64,000 nucleotides of DNA from Dendrobates tinctorius (Eukaryota): positions 4,154,001 through 4,218,000 of the forward strand of contig NW_027361924.1 of the NCBI RefSeq assembly GCF_039654945.1. The letters run 5' to 3'. The notes beneath the pieces are model-generated. The model saw nothing but the letters and a program-made list of their open reading frames with translations. It was not told the DNA's origin and ran no database searches. A program made the translations under genes and the position numbers. Shown here one piece after another: positions 22,052-35,915 of this stretch (positions within the stretch are counted from its first letter, which is position 1; each line of letters begins with the position of its first letter).

Positions 22052-25000
22052 TGGCTGAACTCGCCCCGTTGACGCTGGCGTCCATTAATGTCGCCAGCAT
22101 TAAGTCAGATGCGGCTCGCTTCACGGCCTTTGATTTTTTTCTCCCGGATTGAGGCAGAAATTTTATTCTTGCAAGAGACCAGACTAACAGACATGGGGGC
22201 CATCTATAAAGCACAGAGGGAGTGGAGGTGCGGGCCCTCATACTGGTCTCTTGCGGCCGAGCCGTATAGCGGGGTGGCTTTTAAGACTGCAGCTGTTGAA
22301 TGCTGACGGGTTACTGAGTTGGAAATGGGGAGGTGCCTGATCCGTCTTCATGAGAGGACAAGAGCTCCGGCTCATCAACATCTACGGCCCGCAATCCAAG
22401 TGGGACCACAAATGTCTCTTCCTGAGGATCAAGCCCTTTCTTTTTATGAGCCGGCAGGTGGTCTTCGGTGGGGACTTCAACACCATTACGAGGTCCCGTG
22501 ACCGGGGGGGTCCCGGAGATCGCCTGGCTTATGATAGCGTTGCGTTGAATAGCATAGCCAGTGAAGCTCGCCTGGTGGATGTCCATATCCGGCACACCCC
22601 AGGTCACGGGGGTTTCACCTACCATAGGGGTAGCAGTAGGTCTAGAATAGACAGGTTTTTTTTGAAGGAGGACGCCATCTTTTCTGCTGTGTCCGCCGTT
22701 GAGGTGGAGTTCTCGGACCATTGTTTAATTTTCTTTTCTCTGAATGTTGCAGAGACTCCTCGGATGGGAAGAGGGCTGTGGAAGCTCAATTCGTCCCTGC
22801 TGGAAGAAGCGGAGGTGAGACAATCCTTCGAGGATTTTCTTCAGAGCCAGGTACCGCTGTTGGATCTCTGTAGTAGTAAGTCAGAGTGGTGGGAGATTTT
22901 CAAAAAGCGGGTGGCGGGGTTCTTCCGTCAGCTCTCGAGCCTCAGGAGTCTGAACAGGCACCGCTTGTACCAGGCCCTGGGGAGGAAACTCGAGCAGCTT
23001 GTCTCGACTGGAGGTGACCGTGAGGAAATCTCCAGAGTGAAATCTTTACTCAAGAGGTGTCAGTATGATAAACACACATCTTTGGTTTTTGAGAGGGACT
23101 TCGGGAAGTACCGCTCGCCCGACCCTTACAGAAACTGTAAGATGTCAGTGAATTGTAAGATGGTGACAGGACTGATCGACAGTACGGGGTCCCTGAACAG
23201 ATCCAAATCAGGGATCCTGGAGGTGGTCAGATCCTTCTACTCACAACTCTTGGAAAAGAAGGATCTGGATCAGGACAGGATGTCGGCTTTCCTGGCTGAA
23301 ACCGTCCCTGAGCCAGGGGGTGATCCCTCTCTTGGTGTTTTGGCAAAAGAAATCAGGGAAGAGAAGTGAGACTGGCCATTGATGGGCTTCGGCCCAAGAA
23401 ATCGCCAGGTCCGGATGGCTTAACATCCGAGTTCTAAAAGACTTTTAGGGACTCCTTGGTCCCCCTCTTGACAGGGGTATTTAATGAGTGTCTATCCTCG
23501 GGCACTCTTCCCGACTCAATGAGGAAGTCAGCCCTCATTATTCTGTCAAAGGGTAAGGATCCGTCCCGTATCGAGAATTGGCGTCCCATAGCGCTTCTCG
23601 ATACGGACCGGAAGGTTCTGGCCAAGGTGCTGTTTAATCGGCTGGTGAAGTTTGCACCCCGGCTCCTTTCAGGGGCCCAGCATTGCTCTGTTCCAGGCCG
23701 CAGTACTTCTAGTGCTGTGCTCGGTGTCCGAGAGGCAGTGGAGCAGGGTAGGGCAGGTCACTGGAGGGGGTACTTGCTGTCATTAGATCAAGCGAAAGCC
23801 TTTGACCGGGTCAACCACGAGTACCTCTGGTCCGTCCTTTTGGGAGGTTTGTAAAATGGTTAGCGATCTTGTACCAAGGGGCTGACTTTTCCGCTGGTGA
23901 ACGGTTGGTCAGGTCACCCTTTTGAGGTGGGTTCTGGGGTCCGTCAGGGCTGTCCGCTGAGCCCGCTTTTATACGTGTTCGCGATCGATCCCTTCCTAAG
24001 GAGGGTAGATCGTGGACCGTTGGCAGGAGTCGGGATGGACCAGGCGGGCTCTGGGTCCTCTCTGAGGGTGGTGGCGTACGCCGATGATGTTTCCCTTTTC
24101 GTGTCCTCGAGAGGGGAGGCGGATTGGGTCATGTCGGAGGTAGTGCGCTACCCGGAGGCATCCGGGTCCATGATCAACCAGGATAAGTGTGAAAGTCTCT
24201 GGCTGGGAGGGGGAGATCCCAGGTTTGATCTCCCGGACACCCTTCCAGGGCCCCAGGCCACCGCCAAAATTCTAGGCATCGAATTTGGCCCCGGGGATTA
24301 CCCCCAGCAAAATTGGGAGGGCAGACTTAAGATCGCCACCCAAAAGGTGGACCAATGGAAGGGTTGGTCTTTAACCCTGAGGGAAAGGGTTGCCCTGGCT
24401 AAAGGCTTTCTGCTACCTTTATTAATATACCTGGGCAGTGTGTGCATCTTGCTGGAACCTCTCTGGACACGAGTCTATAGCCTGTTCTTCCAATTGTTAT
24501 GGGGGAATAGGCTTAACCTAATCAAGAGGGAGGTTACATACCGTACGAGGAGACTAGGCGGGTTGGGTATGGTCAACCCGGTGGTGTTTCTAGTAAACAC
24601 CTTTCTTAAGACTAACATCTCCAACCTCTGGCTAGAGAGGGCTCCTCCGTGGGTAGTCTCCTGCAAGGGTTGGCTTTGGCCTTTCTTCCAGGAATGGGAG
24701 ACAGGAGGGCAGGTGAAGGACCTACGCACACCTCAAGGCATCTCCCGGCTTACGCTACCCCGGTTCTGAAGGTGATCCGCCGGTGGGGTCTGGGAATTTG
24801 GGAAATCAGGACCATGTCGAGGCAATGCCTTGACAGGAGGGTCCTGTTGACCCATTTCCAGAAGCCCCTGGCCCTTAAGGATTGCCCAGGCCGGGATCTG
24901 GAGGTCGGGCTGGGGCTTTTAAATTCTAAGCGGATCCCCATGAAGTTTTGGGACTTGACCTGGCGTTGCTTCCACGGGAGGCTGTATGTAAAGGATAACT

Positions 25001-25413
25001 TGAAGTGCAGGAAATCCGATGATCGGGGTTGTCCCCGTGAGGAGTGTGGCGACGTGCTGGAAAGCATGGAGCACTTCCTGCTTCAGTGTCCCTTTAATGC
25101 AGAGGTGTACAACAGGGTGGGTGCTTCCATACGTTGGCCGCGGCTGGCGTCCCTCTCCTACGCTGAGTGGGCCTATGGAGCGTTCAGATCCCTGGGTGGC
25201 CGGGACCCGTGCACTTTATTCCTAGTCAGTGTAGTGGTTAGGTTCTACACTTGGAATGCACGGTGCCTAGTTTTGACGCGGAAAAAAACCCTCCCAAGGG
25301 ATGAGGTGGTAGGAAACATCTTGGGTGACCTGGTGAAGGTCTGTTCTTTGGAGTTCGAAAGGTTGGGTGTGAGGAAGGCCTCTTGGCTTTGGAGAGGCCT
25401 CTCCTTTGAATGA
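22048..25413 (+). pseudogene. Tx1 ORF2 (APE endonuclease - reverse transcriptase - CCHC), frameshifted
   Basis: LASINV, LQET, GGDFN, RIDRF, FSDH; KSPGPDG, NWRPIALL, LDQAKAFD, GVRQGCPLSP, YADD; CPREEC...HFLLQC. Confidence 0.93.
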
Positions 25414-25570
25414 GGGTAGGGATAGCATAAGTTTCACTGGGTGTGTTAGGGACAGAAGTAGGGGCAGATAGGGACAGGGAGGGACAGGCACTGAGGGACA
25501 GATAGAGAGTTAGTTATGTTAAGTTAGGTGGAGTAGGGACAGGAAGGGACAGATAAGGACAGTTTCTTTA

Positions 25571-25813
25571 GGCCTGTTTCACACTTCCGTTTTTGTGTCC
25601 GCCAAACGGATCCGTTTCCGTTTTTTTTACGGAAACTGATGCAAACGGATCCGTTTTTAAAAAAACGGATCCGTTTTTTTGACGGATCCGCGGTAACCGC
25701 TAATGGAAGTCTATGGGACAAAAAAACGGATCCTGCAAAAAAATGGCGGATCCGTTTTTTTACGGAAACCAACGGATTTTGACGGATTTGAAAAAACGGA
25801 AGTGTGAAACAGG
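25571..25813. mobile_element. Harbinger-type palindromic MITE in the Tx1 3' UTR (right end clipped)
   Basis: TTA|GGCCTGTTTCACACTTCCG...CGGAAGTGTGAAACAGG with internal ACGGATCCGT repeats. Confidence 0.8.
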
Positions 25814-26841
25814 GACAGAAGCAGGGACAGTCTTAGTTGTTGAGGGACAGGGTGAATGAGTTAGTGAGGGACGGGGCCTCGAGAACTCCTTTTCCAGGTG
25901 GTGGGCTAAAAGCATGCCACTCTAGTCTTTTGTTTTGGAAACATAGAGCATTAATGGATATTGGGCTTGCAGGCACTGAACTTGGGCCTGTAAGAAACGT
26001 TTTGAAGGGTATGGTGTATTTAGTAATTAATTATATTTAATTGGTGTTATATTGTATTATGTATTGTATGTTATTATGTGTTGTGTAGGTGTTATTATTT
26101 TCTTTTAGTTAGAGGGCAAGGGAGGGTATAGTGAGGTTGGGAGGGGGGTGAATGGGGGAGGTGAGAATGGAAAAATCAAAGGACCCCAAGTCAAAGGGAA
26201 GTGGCAAGTGGAGATATACCATGGAGGAAAAAGGCATGCTGGAGCACATCGGAGGCAAATGGTGGAGGGTTTTTTTTTTTCTTGAGGGGCATAAAACTTT
26301 CGTGCTCCTCAAGTAGATGTGATAAGGCCACGAACTGTTATGGACTTTGTGGAGTGATAGGCCATGGACGTATATGGACCTGTGGTGAGGAAAAAAGGTG
26401 GGGGGAAAAAAATTAAATTAAAAAAAAAAAAAAAAAAATTTTGAAAAAAAAAAAAAAAGGATAGGGGTGTTAAGCTCGGTGGCGGTTCTTTTTGCCAAGT
26501 TAATGGCTAAAGCTAATTTTGAGGCAGTATGGGCCGGAAGTATTTCTTTAGTTATTTGTATATAGGTATGGGTGGGAAATGTGAATGGGGTGTGAACGGG
26601 TATGCATGAGGATGAATGGATTATATCTGGGGTTTTTTATTTTTACTTTTTAAATTGTATAGTGTTGGAGAGTTCCTGCTGGGGGCCTTCCAAGCTGGAA
26701 AGCTTGAGGACCACAAAGGACATTGCAAGTTTTGCACAGGCGTTGTATGTTTCTGTATGGTTTTGTCTTGTTTTTTAGTTCTGGAATGTTGTTTTTGTCT
26801 GTATTATGTATTGTGTTTTTGATATTTTCATAATAAAAAAG

Positions 26842-27147
26842 ATACAGGATGTAACTCAGGACCAGTAATGTAATGTATGTACACAGTGACTGCACCAGCA
26901 GAATAGTGAGTGCAGCTCTGGAGTATAATACAGGAGGTAACTCAGGATTAGTAATGTAATGTATGTACACAGTGACTGCACCAGCAGAATAGTGAGTGCA
27001 GCTCTGGGGTATAATACAGGATGTAACTCAGGATCAGTAATGTAATGTATGTACACAGTGACTGCACCAGCAGAATAGTGAGTGCAGCTCTAGGGTATAA
27101 TACAAGATGTAACTCAGGATCAGTAATGTATGTACACAGTAACTGCA
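26842..27147 (-). repeat. 86-bp satellite, 3' of the Tx1 insertion
   Basis: Resumes in register after the TSD. Confidence 0.93.
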
Positions 27148-28227
27148 TGCTGTGTGAGATTACAGTGTAAATATATATATTATATAATTTACACACACTA
27201 ATCTGAAGTGCACAGGTGATCCGTTGCTATATTCTCTTTCTTGCTTTAGGACTCTCTGGATATATACCGCATATTCTAGAAATGTAATAATATCTTGTTT
27301 CGCTGCCAGAACAGGATCATGAGTGGAGGGATCATGAATTACAACCACTTCCTTTTAATGCACATCAGGCTGGAGCTGAGCGACGACAATTACAGAATTT
27401 ACAGAAAATCGAGAGCACAGAAAGTGGCGCAGATAAAAGCCCAAGCGCCTCCTATCACTTAACCCTTACACACACTACATACAGCCTTAACACATAATGC
27501 TCCTCCAATCCAGCAGACGCAAAGAAAATCCGCCTCATTACCCGACCTGTCACTACAAGGAGGGAAACTCAGCGACTGATGTTTCTGGGTAAAGGAAAAG
27601 TAACAGATGACAGCAGAATCAGACTATGCAGAGTTTGATTTGTATTTTAAGCTGAATAACGGGTGTATAAAATAAAGTAGGTGCAAAAACAACTACACTG
27701 ATCCCATTCTGTTACAGACTTTTCATATTTGAGTCACACACCAGTAAACAATACAGTTAAAAATCAGTGTCCGCGTAATCCGAGCAACACACAAGATGCA
27801 GGGAGCACGATCTATGGTAATTGGGAAATAAAGCGGCCAAAAAAAAAAAACAAATAAAAAAACAGCCCTCACATAATCACGGCTACTTAAAAGTTAATAA
27901 AACATGGCAATACAAGATTAAGGGTAAAACACTAAATCCTGCTCGTCTCAAGTTTAGCACCAGGATTAAATTACAAACGTTGCGTCTCACATCGCTCCTG
28001 CCTCGCTCACTACAGAAGGATACACCGGTGTGTAATGCACAAGCATCTTACGATGTGGGCGCCGAAAGGGATCATACATGAGCACTGCGAGAGCGTATAC
28101 CCCAGGGGGCTCGGCGAAGGCCAGACACACGCACTGCACATGGGTCGTTGCTCATCAGTGCTCGAACCTGGTGCACACAGACACTGCACACCCAACTAAA
28201 CATACGTGCCCAAAGCAATGCGCGCAG

Positions 28228-28560
28228 CCGGACCCAAGACGCTCCCGAGGGGGGGGGGGGCACGGCCGGATCCAAGGCGCTCACGAGGGGGGGGGGGGGG
28301 CACGGCCCGGACCCAAGGCGCTCACGAGGGGGGGGGGGGGCACGGCCCGGACCCAAGGCGCTCCCGAGGGGGGGGGGGGCACGGCAGGATCCAAGGCGCT
28401 CCCGAGGGGGGGGGGGGCACGGCAGGATCCAAGGCGCTCCCGAGGAGGGGGGGGCACGGCCCGGACCCAAGGCGCTCCCGAGGAGGGGGGGCACGGCCCG
28501 GACCCAAGGCGCTCCCGAGGAGGGGGGGGCACGGCCCGGACCCAAGGCGCTCCCGGGGAG
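28228..28560. repeat. GC-rich ~38-40-bp minisatellite with long G runs
   Basis: CCGGACCCAAGGCGCTCCCGAG(G)nCACGGC, about 8 units. Confidence 0.93.
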
Positions 28561-28858
28561 GGGGAGCACAACACGGAGATGGACCAAGGTGCTCCGGAAC
28601 CCCCACCATGCGCACGATATAACTCGTCACATGACTGCTATATATATTATATATAAAATGATGTAACCAATGTGTGGGCAGAGATGGATAGAGGCGCAGG
28701 ACACACGCTGCCTGATGATAACAGGTAGCACCGGACACGTGACCAGGGATGTCAGGCTGATAACTGACACAGGGACCGCGGCTCCTGCACCTCACACTCC
28801 GCGGCCCTGACACACGTGAGGTAAAGAGATGAGGGCGTCGTGCGTTTCCAGCAGTTAC

Positions 28859-29060
28859 CTGTCCCCCGGCCCTCCTGTGACCTCAGCACCGCCGCTCCCG
28901 GTCCCCGGTCTCAGCCTCCTCTCACTTGCTTTGCTTTCAGACACTGAAAATGGCGGCGCCGCAAAAGCCTGGCGAGCACCGAAAGCATCAATCGAAGCCC
29001 AGACTTTGCCCTGTGCCCCCCTTCTCATCCGCCCATGTCTGTGACGTCACCCGGCAAGAG
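28859..29060 (-). promoter_or_regulatory. CpG-island promoter and putative non-coding first exon of an unidentified minus-strand gene
   Basis: CRE TGACGTCA (29042-29049); YY1 motif GCCGCCATTTT (28947-28957, minus strand); splice donor GACAG|GTAACT at 28859/28858. Confidence 0.55.
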
Positions 29061-29246
29061 AATGTCAATGACAGGGAGGCGAAGAGATGGGGATCGCCGA
29101 GCGCATCGATCTGTCAGCGCAATCTGACTCTACAGGCAGCAAATAACTGTACAGAGGGGAAAAAAGTCCGAAATGTGTGATATATACCTGCCCTGTGCGA
29201 CCGGGAACACCGCTACTAACGGCTGCTGCACACGTCACACAGGCTG

Positions 29247-32200
29247 CATTATAGCAGGTATATTCCTGTACATAGGGGGCAGTATTATAGTAGTTATATT
29301 CTTGTACATAGGAGCAGTATTATAGTAGTTATATTCTTGTACATAGGGGCAGTATTATAGTAGTTATATTCTTGTACATAGGGGCAGTATTATAGTAGTT
29401 ATATTCTTGTACATAGGAGGCAGTATTATAGTAGTTATATTCTTGTAGATAGGAGCAGTATTATAGTAGTTATATTCTTGTACATAGGGGCAGTATTATA
29501 GTAGTTATATTCTTGTACATAGGGGCAGTATTATAGTAGTTATATTCTTGTACATAGGAGGCAGTATTATAGTAGTTATATTCTTGTACATAGGGGCAAG
29601 TATTATAGTAGTTATATTCTTGTACATAGGAGCAGTATTATAGTAGTTATATTCTTGTACATAGGGGGCAGTATTATAGTAGTTATATTCTTGTACATAG
29701 GGGCAGTATTATAGTGGTTACATTCTTGTACATAGGAGCAGTATTATAGTAGTTATATTCTTGTACATAGGGGGCAGTATTATAGTAGTTATATTCTTGT
29801 ACATAGGGGGCAGTATTATAGTAGTTATATTCTTGTACATAGGGGCAGTATTATAGTAGTTATATTCTTGTACATAGGGGGCAGTATTATAGTAGTTATA
29901 TTCTTGTAGATAGGAGCAGTATTATAGTAGTTATATTCTTGTACATAGGGGGCAGTATTATAGTAGTTATATTCTTGTACATAGGGGGCAGTATTATAGT
30001 AGTTATATTCTTGTACATAGGGGCAGTATTATAGTAGTTATATTCTTGTACATAGGGGGCAGTATTATAGTAGTTATATTCTTGTAGATAGGAGCAGTAT
30101 TATAGTAGTTATATTCTTGTATATAGGAGCAGTATTATAGTAGTTATATTCTTGTACATAGGGGGCAGTATTATAGTAGTTATATTCTTGTACATAAGGG
30201 GCAGTATTATAGTAGTTATATTCTTGTACATAGGGGCAGTATTATAGTAGTTATATTCTTGTACATAGGGGCAGTATTATAGTAGTTATATTCTTGTACA
30301 TAGGGGCAGTATTATAGTAGTTATATTCTTGTACATAGGGGGCAGTATTATAGTAGTTATATTGTACATAGGAGCAGTATTATAGTTATATTCTTGTACA
30401 TAGGGGGCAGTATTATAGTAGTTATATTCTTGTACATAGGGGGCAGTATTATAGTAGTTATATTCTTGTACATAGGGAGCAGTATTATAGTAGTTATATT
30501 CCTGTACATAGGGGGCAGTATTATAGTAGTTATATTCTTGTACATAGGGGCAGTATTATAGTAGTTATATTCTTGTACATAGGGGGCAGTATTATAGTAG
30601 CTATATACTTGTACATAGGGGCAGTATTATAGTAGTTATATTCTTGTACATAGGGGGCAGTATTATAGTAGTTATATTCTTGTACATAGGGGCAGTATTA
30701 TAGTAGTTATATTCTTGTACATAGGGGGCAGTATTATAGTAGTTATATTCTTGTAGATAGGAGCAGTATTATAGTAGTTATATTCTTGTATATAGGAGCA
30801 GTATTATAGTAGTTATATTCTTGTACATAGGGGGCAGTATTATAGTAGTTATATTCTTGTACATAAGGGGCAGTATTATAGTAGTTATATTCTTGTACAT
30901 AGGGGCAGTATTATAGTAGTTATATTCTTGTACATAGGGGCAGTATTATAGTAGTTATATTCTTGTACATAGGGGCAGTATTATAGTAGTTATATTCTTG
31001 TACATAGGGGGCAGTATTATAGTAGTTATATTGTACATAGGAGCAGTATTATAGTAGTTATATTCCTGTACATAGGGGGCAGTATTATAGTAGTTATATT
31101 CTTGTACATAGGGGCAGTATTATAGTAGTTATATTCTTGTACATAGGGGGCAGTATTATAGTAGCTATATACTTGTACATAGGGGCAGTATTATAGTAGT
31201 TATATTCTTGTACATAGGGGGCAGTATTATAGTAGTTATATTCTTGTACATAGGGGCAGTATTATAGTAGTTATATTCTTGTACATAGGGGGCAGTATTA
31301 TAGTAGTTATATTCTTGTAGATAGGAGCAGTATTATAGTAGTTATATTCTTGTACATAGGGGGCAGTATTATAGTAGTTATATTCTTGTACATAGGGGGC
31401 AGTATTATAGTAGTTATATTCTTGTACATAGGGAGCAGTATTATAGTAGTTATATTCCTGTACATAGGGGGCAGTATTATAGTAGTTATATTCTTGTACA
31501 TAGGGGCAGTATTATAGTAGTTATATTCTTGTACATAGGGGGCAGTATTATAGTAGTTATATTCTTGTACATGGGGCAGTATTATAGTAGTTATATTCTT
31601 GTACATAGGAGCAGTATTATAGTAGTTATATTCTTGTACATAGGGGCAGTATTATAGTAGTTATATTCTTGTACATAGGGGCAGTATTATAGTAGTTATA
31701 TTCTTGTACATAGGGGGCAGTAATATAGTATATATTCTTGTACATAGGGGCAGTATTATAGTAGTTATATTCTTGTACATAGGAGCAGTATTATAGTAGT
31801 TATATTCTTGTACATAGGGGCAGTATTATAGTAGTTATATTCTTGTAGATAGGAGCAGTATTATAGTAGTTATATTCTTGTATATAGGGGGCAGTATTAT
31901 AGTAGTTATATTCTTGTACATAGGGGGCAGTATTATAGTAGTTATATTCTTGTAGATAGGAGCAGTATTATAGTAGTTATATTCTTGTAGATAGGGGCAG
32001 TATTATAGTAGTTATATTCTTGTACATAGGGGCAGTATTATAGTAGTTATATTCTTGTACATAGGGGCAGTATTATAGTAGTTATATTCTTGTACATAGG
32101 GGCAGTATTATAGTAGTTATATTCTTGTACATAGGGGCAGTAATATAGTATATATTCTTGTACATAGGGGCAGTATTATAGTAGTTATATTCTTGTACAT

Positions 32201-34640
32201 AGGGGCAGTATTATAGTAGTTATATTCTTGTACATAGGGGCAGTATTATAGTAGTTATATTCTTGTACATAGGGGCAGTATTATAGTAGTTATATTCTTG
32301 TACATAGGGGGCAGTAATATAGTATATATTCTTGTACATAGGGGGCAGTAATATAGTATATATTCTTGTACATGGGGCAGTATTATAGTAGTTATATTCT
32401 TGTACATAGGAGCAGTATTATAGTAGTTATATTCTTGTACATAGGAGCAGTATTATAGTAGTTATATTCTTGTATATAGGGGGCAGTATTATAGTAGTTA
32501 TATTCTTGTACATAGGGGGCAGTATTATAGTAGTTATATTCTTGTAGATAGGAGCAGTATTATAGTAGTTATATTCTTGTAGATAGGGGCAGTATTATAG
32601 TAGTTATATTCTTGTACATAGGGGCAGTATTATAGTAGTTATATTCTTGTACATAGGGGCAGTATTATAGTAGTTATATTCTTGTACATAGGGGCAGTAT
32701 TATAGTAGTTATATTCTTGTACATAGGGGGCAGTAATATAGTATATATTCTTGTACATAGGGGCAGTATTATAGTAGTTATATTGTTGTACATAGAGGCA
32801 GTATTATAGTAGTTATATTCTTGTACATAGGAGCAGTATTATAGTAGTTATATTCTTGTACATAGGAGCAGTATTATAGAAGTTATATTCTTGTACATAG
32901 GGGCAGTATTATAGTAGTTATATTCTTGTACATAGGAGCAGTATTATAGTAGTTATATTCTTGTACATAGGGGCAGTATTATAGTAGTTATATTCTTGTG
33001 CATAGGGGGCAGTATTATAGTAGCTATATTCTTGTACATAGGGGCAGTATTATAGTAGTTATATTCTTGTACATAGGAGCAGTATTATAGTAGTTATATT
33101 CTTGTACATAGGAGCAGTATTATAGTAGTTATATTCTTGTACATAGGGGCAGTATTATAGTAGTTATATTCTTGCACATAGGGGGCAGTAATATAGTATA
33201 TATTCTTGTACATAGGGGCAGTATTATAGTAGTTATATTGTTGTACATAGAGGCAGTATTATAGTAGTTATATTCTTGTACATAGGAGCAGTATTATAGT
33301 AGCTATATTCTTGTACATAGGGAGCAGTATCATAGTAGTTATATTCTTGTACATAGGGGCAGTATTATAGTAGTTATATTCTTATACATAGGAGCAGTAT
33401 TATAGTAGTTATATTCTTGTACATAGGGGCAGTATTATAGTAGTTATATTCTTGTACATAGGGGCAGTATTATAGTAGTTATATTCTTGTACATAGGGGC
33501 AGTATTATAGTAGTTATATTCTTGTACATGGGGGCAGTATTATAGTAGTTATATTCTTGTACATAGGAGCAGTATTATAGTAGTTATATTCTTGTACATA
33601 GGAGCAGTATTATAGTAGTTATATTCTTGTACATAGGGGGCAGTATTATAGTAGCTATATTCTTGTACATAGGGGGCAGTATTATAGTAGCTATATTCTT
33701 GTACATAGGAGCAGTATTATAGTAGTTATATTCTTGTACATAGGAGCAGTATTATAGTAGTTATATTCTTATACATAGGAGCAGTATTATAGTAGTTATA
33801 TTCTTATACATAGGAGCAGTATTATAGTAGTTATATTCTTGTACATAGGGGGCAGTATTATAGTAGCTATATTCTTGTACATAGGAGCAGTATTATAGTA
33901 GTTATATTCTTGTACATAGGGGCAGTATTATAGTAGTTATATTCTTGTACATAGGAGCAGTATTATAGTAGTTATATTCTTGTACATAGGGGCAGTATTA
34001 TAGTAGTTATATTCTTGTACATAGGAGCAGTATTATAGTAGTTATATTCTTGTACATAGGGGCAGTATTATAGTAGTTATATTCTTGTACATAGGAGCAG
34101 TATTATAGTAGTTATATTCTTGTACATAGGGGGCAGTGTTATAGTAGTTATATTCTTGTATATAGGGAGCAGTATTATAGTAGTTATATTCTTGTACATA
34201 GGAGCAGTATTATAGTAGTTATATTCTTGTACATAGGGGGAGTATTATAGTAGCTATATTCTTGTACATAGGAGCAGTATTATAGTAGTTATATTCTTGT
34301 ACATAGGGGCAGTATTATAGTAGTTATATTCTTGTACATAGGAGCAGTATTATAGTAGTTATATTCTTGTACATAGGGGGCAGTGTTATAGTAGTTATAT
34401 TCTTGTATATAGGGAGCAGTATTATAGTAGCTATATTCTTGTACATAGGGGGCAGTATTATAGTAGCTATACTCTTGTACATAGGGGGGCAGTATTATAG
34501 TAGTTATACTCTTGTACATAGGAGCAGTATTATAGTAGTTATACTCTTGTACATAGGAGCAGTATTATAGTAGTTATATTCTTGTATATAGGGGCAGTAT
34601 TATAGTAGCTATATTCTTGTACATAGGAGCAATATTATAT
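29247..34640. repeat. 5.4-kb 35/36-bp minisatellite array
   Basis: About 150 units of AGTATTATAGTAGTTATATTCTTGTACATAGGRGC. Confidence 0.98.
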
Positions 34641-34675
34641 TGGATTTTTTGAACTTGGGTTGAGTTGGCCTTTTA

Positions 34676-34863
34676 GGCCAGGGTCACACTTGCGTGTGCA
34701 ATGCGAGAAAGTCCTGTGAGTCTCGCATCTTAATACTCGGGACCGGAGTGTGCGGCCGCATGTATTTCTATGCAGCTGACCGCTCTGGTCCCGAGTGCCG
34801 GTGACAGTGTTGGGTATTGAGACACAAGACTCATGCGAGTTTCTCGCAAGTGTGTCCCCGGCC
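34676..34863. mobile_element. Harbinger-type MITE
   Basis: TTA|GGCCAGGGTCACACTTGCG...CGCAAGTGTGTCCCCGGCC|TTA. Confidence 0.85.
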
Positions 34864-35589
34864 TTATAATCATGTCCTGCCTAGCTTGTTACACCTGTAT
34901 GTGGATCTGTGTAGTATATATGAAGGTAATGCTGGTGTCTACACACAGCTGTGGTGCTTCCCACAGGGTGCAGGTTAGAGTTATCTGGTCTTTGACTGGC
35001 AGAGTTATCGTGGCAGCCATTATGATGATGAAATATCAATTACCACACTCTATATAAGGATTTTGCATGATTTATTAAAGTCAGTGGATATGTCAGAATT
35101 CTAAGATGTGCTCTAATAACAGCATATAGTTGACTAGTGTACAATGACTGATAACACCTCTATATACATTAGATAACACAGTATCCACCATTCACAATAG
35201 TTGATATCACAGCTCACCTCCTCCTCCTCCTGTACAATGACTGATAATTCCTCTATAAACAGTAGATAACACAGGATCCACCATTCACAATAGGCGATGT
35301 AACAGCTCACCTCCTCCTGTATAATGAGTCTAGTATTAGACTTAGTTACTAGTGTGAAAATTGCAAGCTTTCTTCGTGTGGCCCTTCGCTCAGAGTCCTC
35401 CAGGCCTCGGACCCCATGCCATCTTCCAGGTGCTGTTTTGGCTTCTTTTGGTCTTTCGACAGCAAAACTTTGTAGGCGGCACAGCGACATCATCGCTCCA
35501 CCTGCTTGACGGAGCATCGCCACATTGAATTTTACCTTCATTTTAAATATTATTCTCATCTTCATAGATGTTGATGGATAGTGCGTGTA

Positions 35590-35915
35590 AAAACAAGCAC
35601 TTTTGCAATTCACTTTTTGTTAAAAATTTTGCAGCCGTTCTTGACATATTAACACTTTTCCTGTTTCCAGTTTGTTGCCTTGGAGACCGACCACCGCTGT
35701 TATCTGGCTGAAGCTGTTCAGGATTCGCAGGCAACAGCGGTCTCCAGTGATCCTGACCAGTTTTAAAACAGCGCTGACAAGCTCAATAGAAGAGAGCTTG
35801 TAAGTGGTGTTCTCATGTTTGCCTGTCTAGCAGCGGTGGTCGGTGTCCAAGGAAAGAAGCATCAAATAAAGTGTTAATATCTCAAGAACGGCTGGAAACT
35901 GTACTATTTACAAGC
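35590..35915. mobile_element. Degenerate palindromic MITE related to 58187-58476
   Basis: Shared GCAGCCGTTCTTGA(C/G)ATATTAACACTTT and its inverted AAAGTGTTAATATCTCAAGAACGGCTG. Confidence 0.6.

Larger units (their letters stand above)
18945..26841 (+). mobile_element. Tx1-clade (L1 group) non-LTR retrotransposon, ~7.9 kb, probably 5'-truncated
   Basis: 10-bp TSD ATACAGGATG (18935-18944, 26842-26851); ORF1 with three CCHC knuckles; ORF2 with APE, RT and C-terminal CCHC; 3' end AATAAAAAAG. Confidence 0.95.

Noticed and set aside
28859-29060. Assigning a gene name to the minus-strand promoter from synteny
   Set aside because: No recognisable coding exon in the window, and SHMT1 neighbours differ among vertebrates.
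28950-29180. Plus-strand ATGGCGGCG start (MAAPQK...)
   Set aside because: Better explained as a YY1 motif of a minus-strand promoter; no convincing plus-strand donor or recognisable protein follows.
29247-34640. CRISPR-like regular 35-bp periodicity (also at 36.3-39.4 kb)
   Set aside because: Head-to-tail repeats with no unique spacers, no cas genes, and a eukaryotic context.
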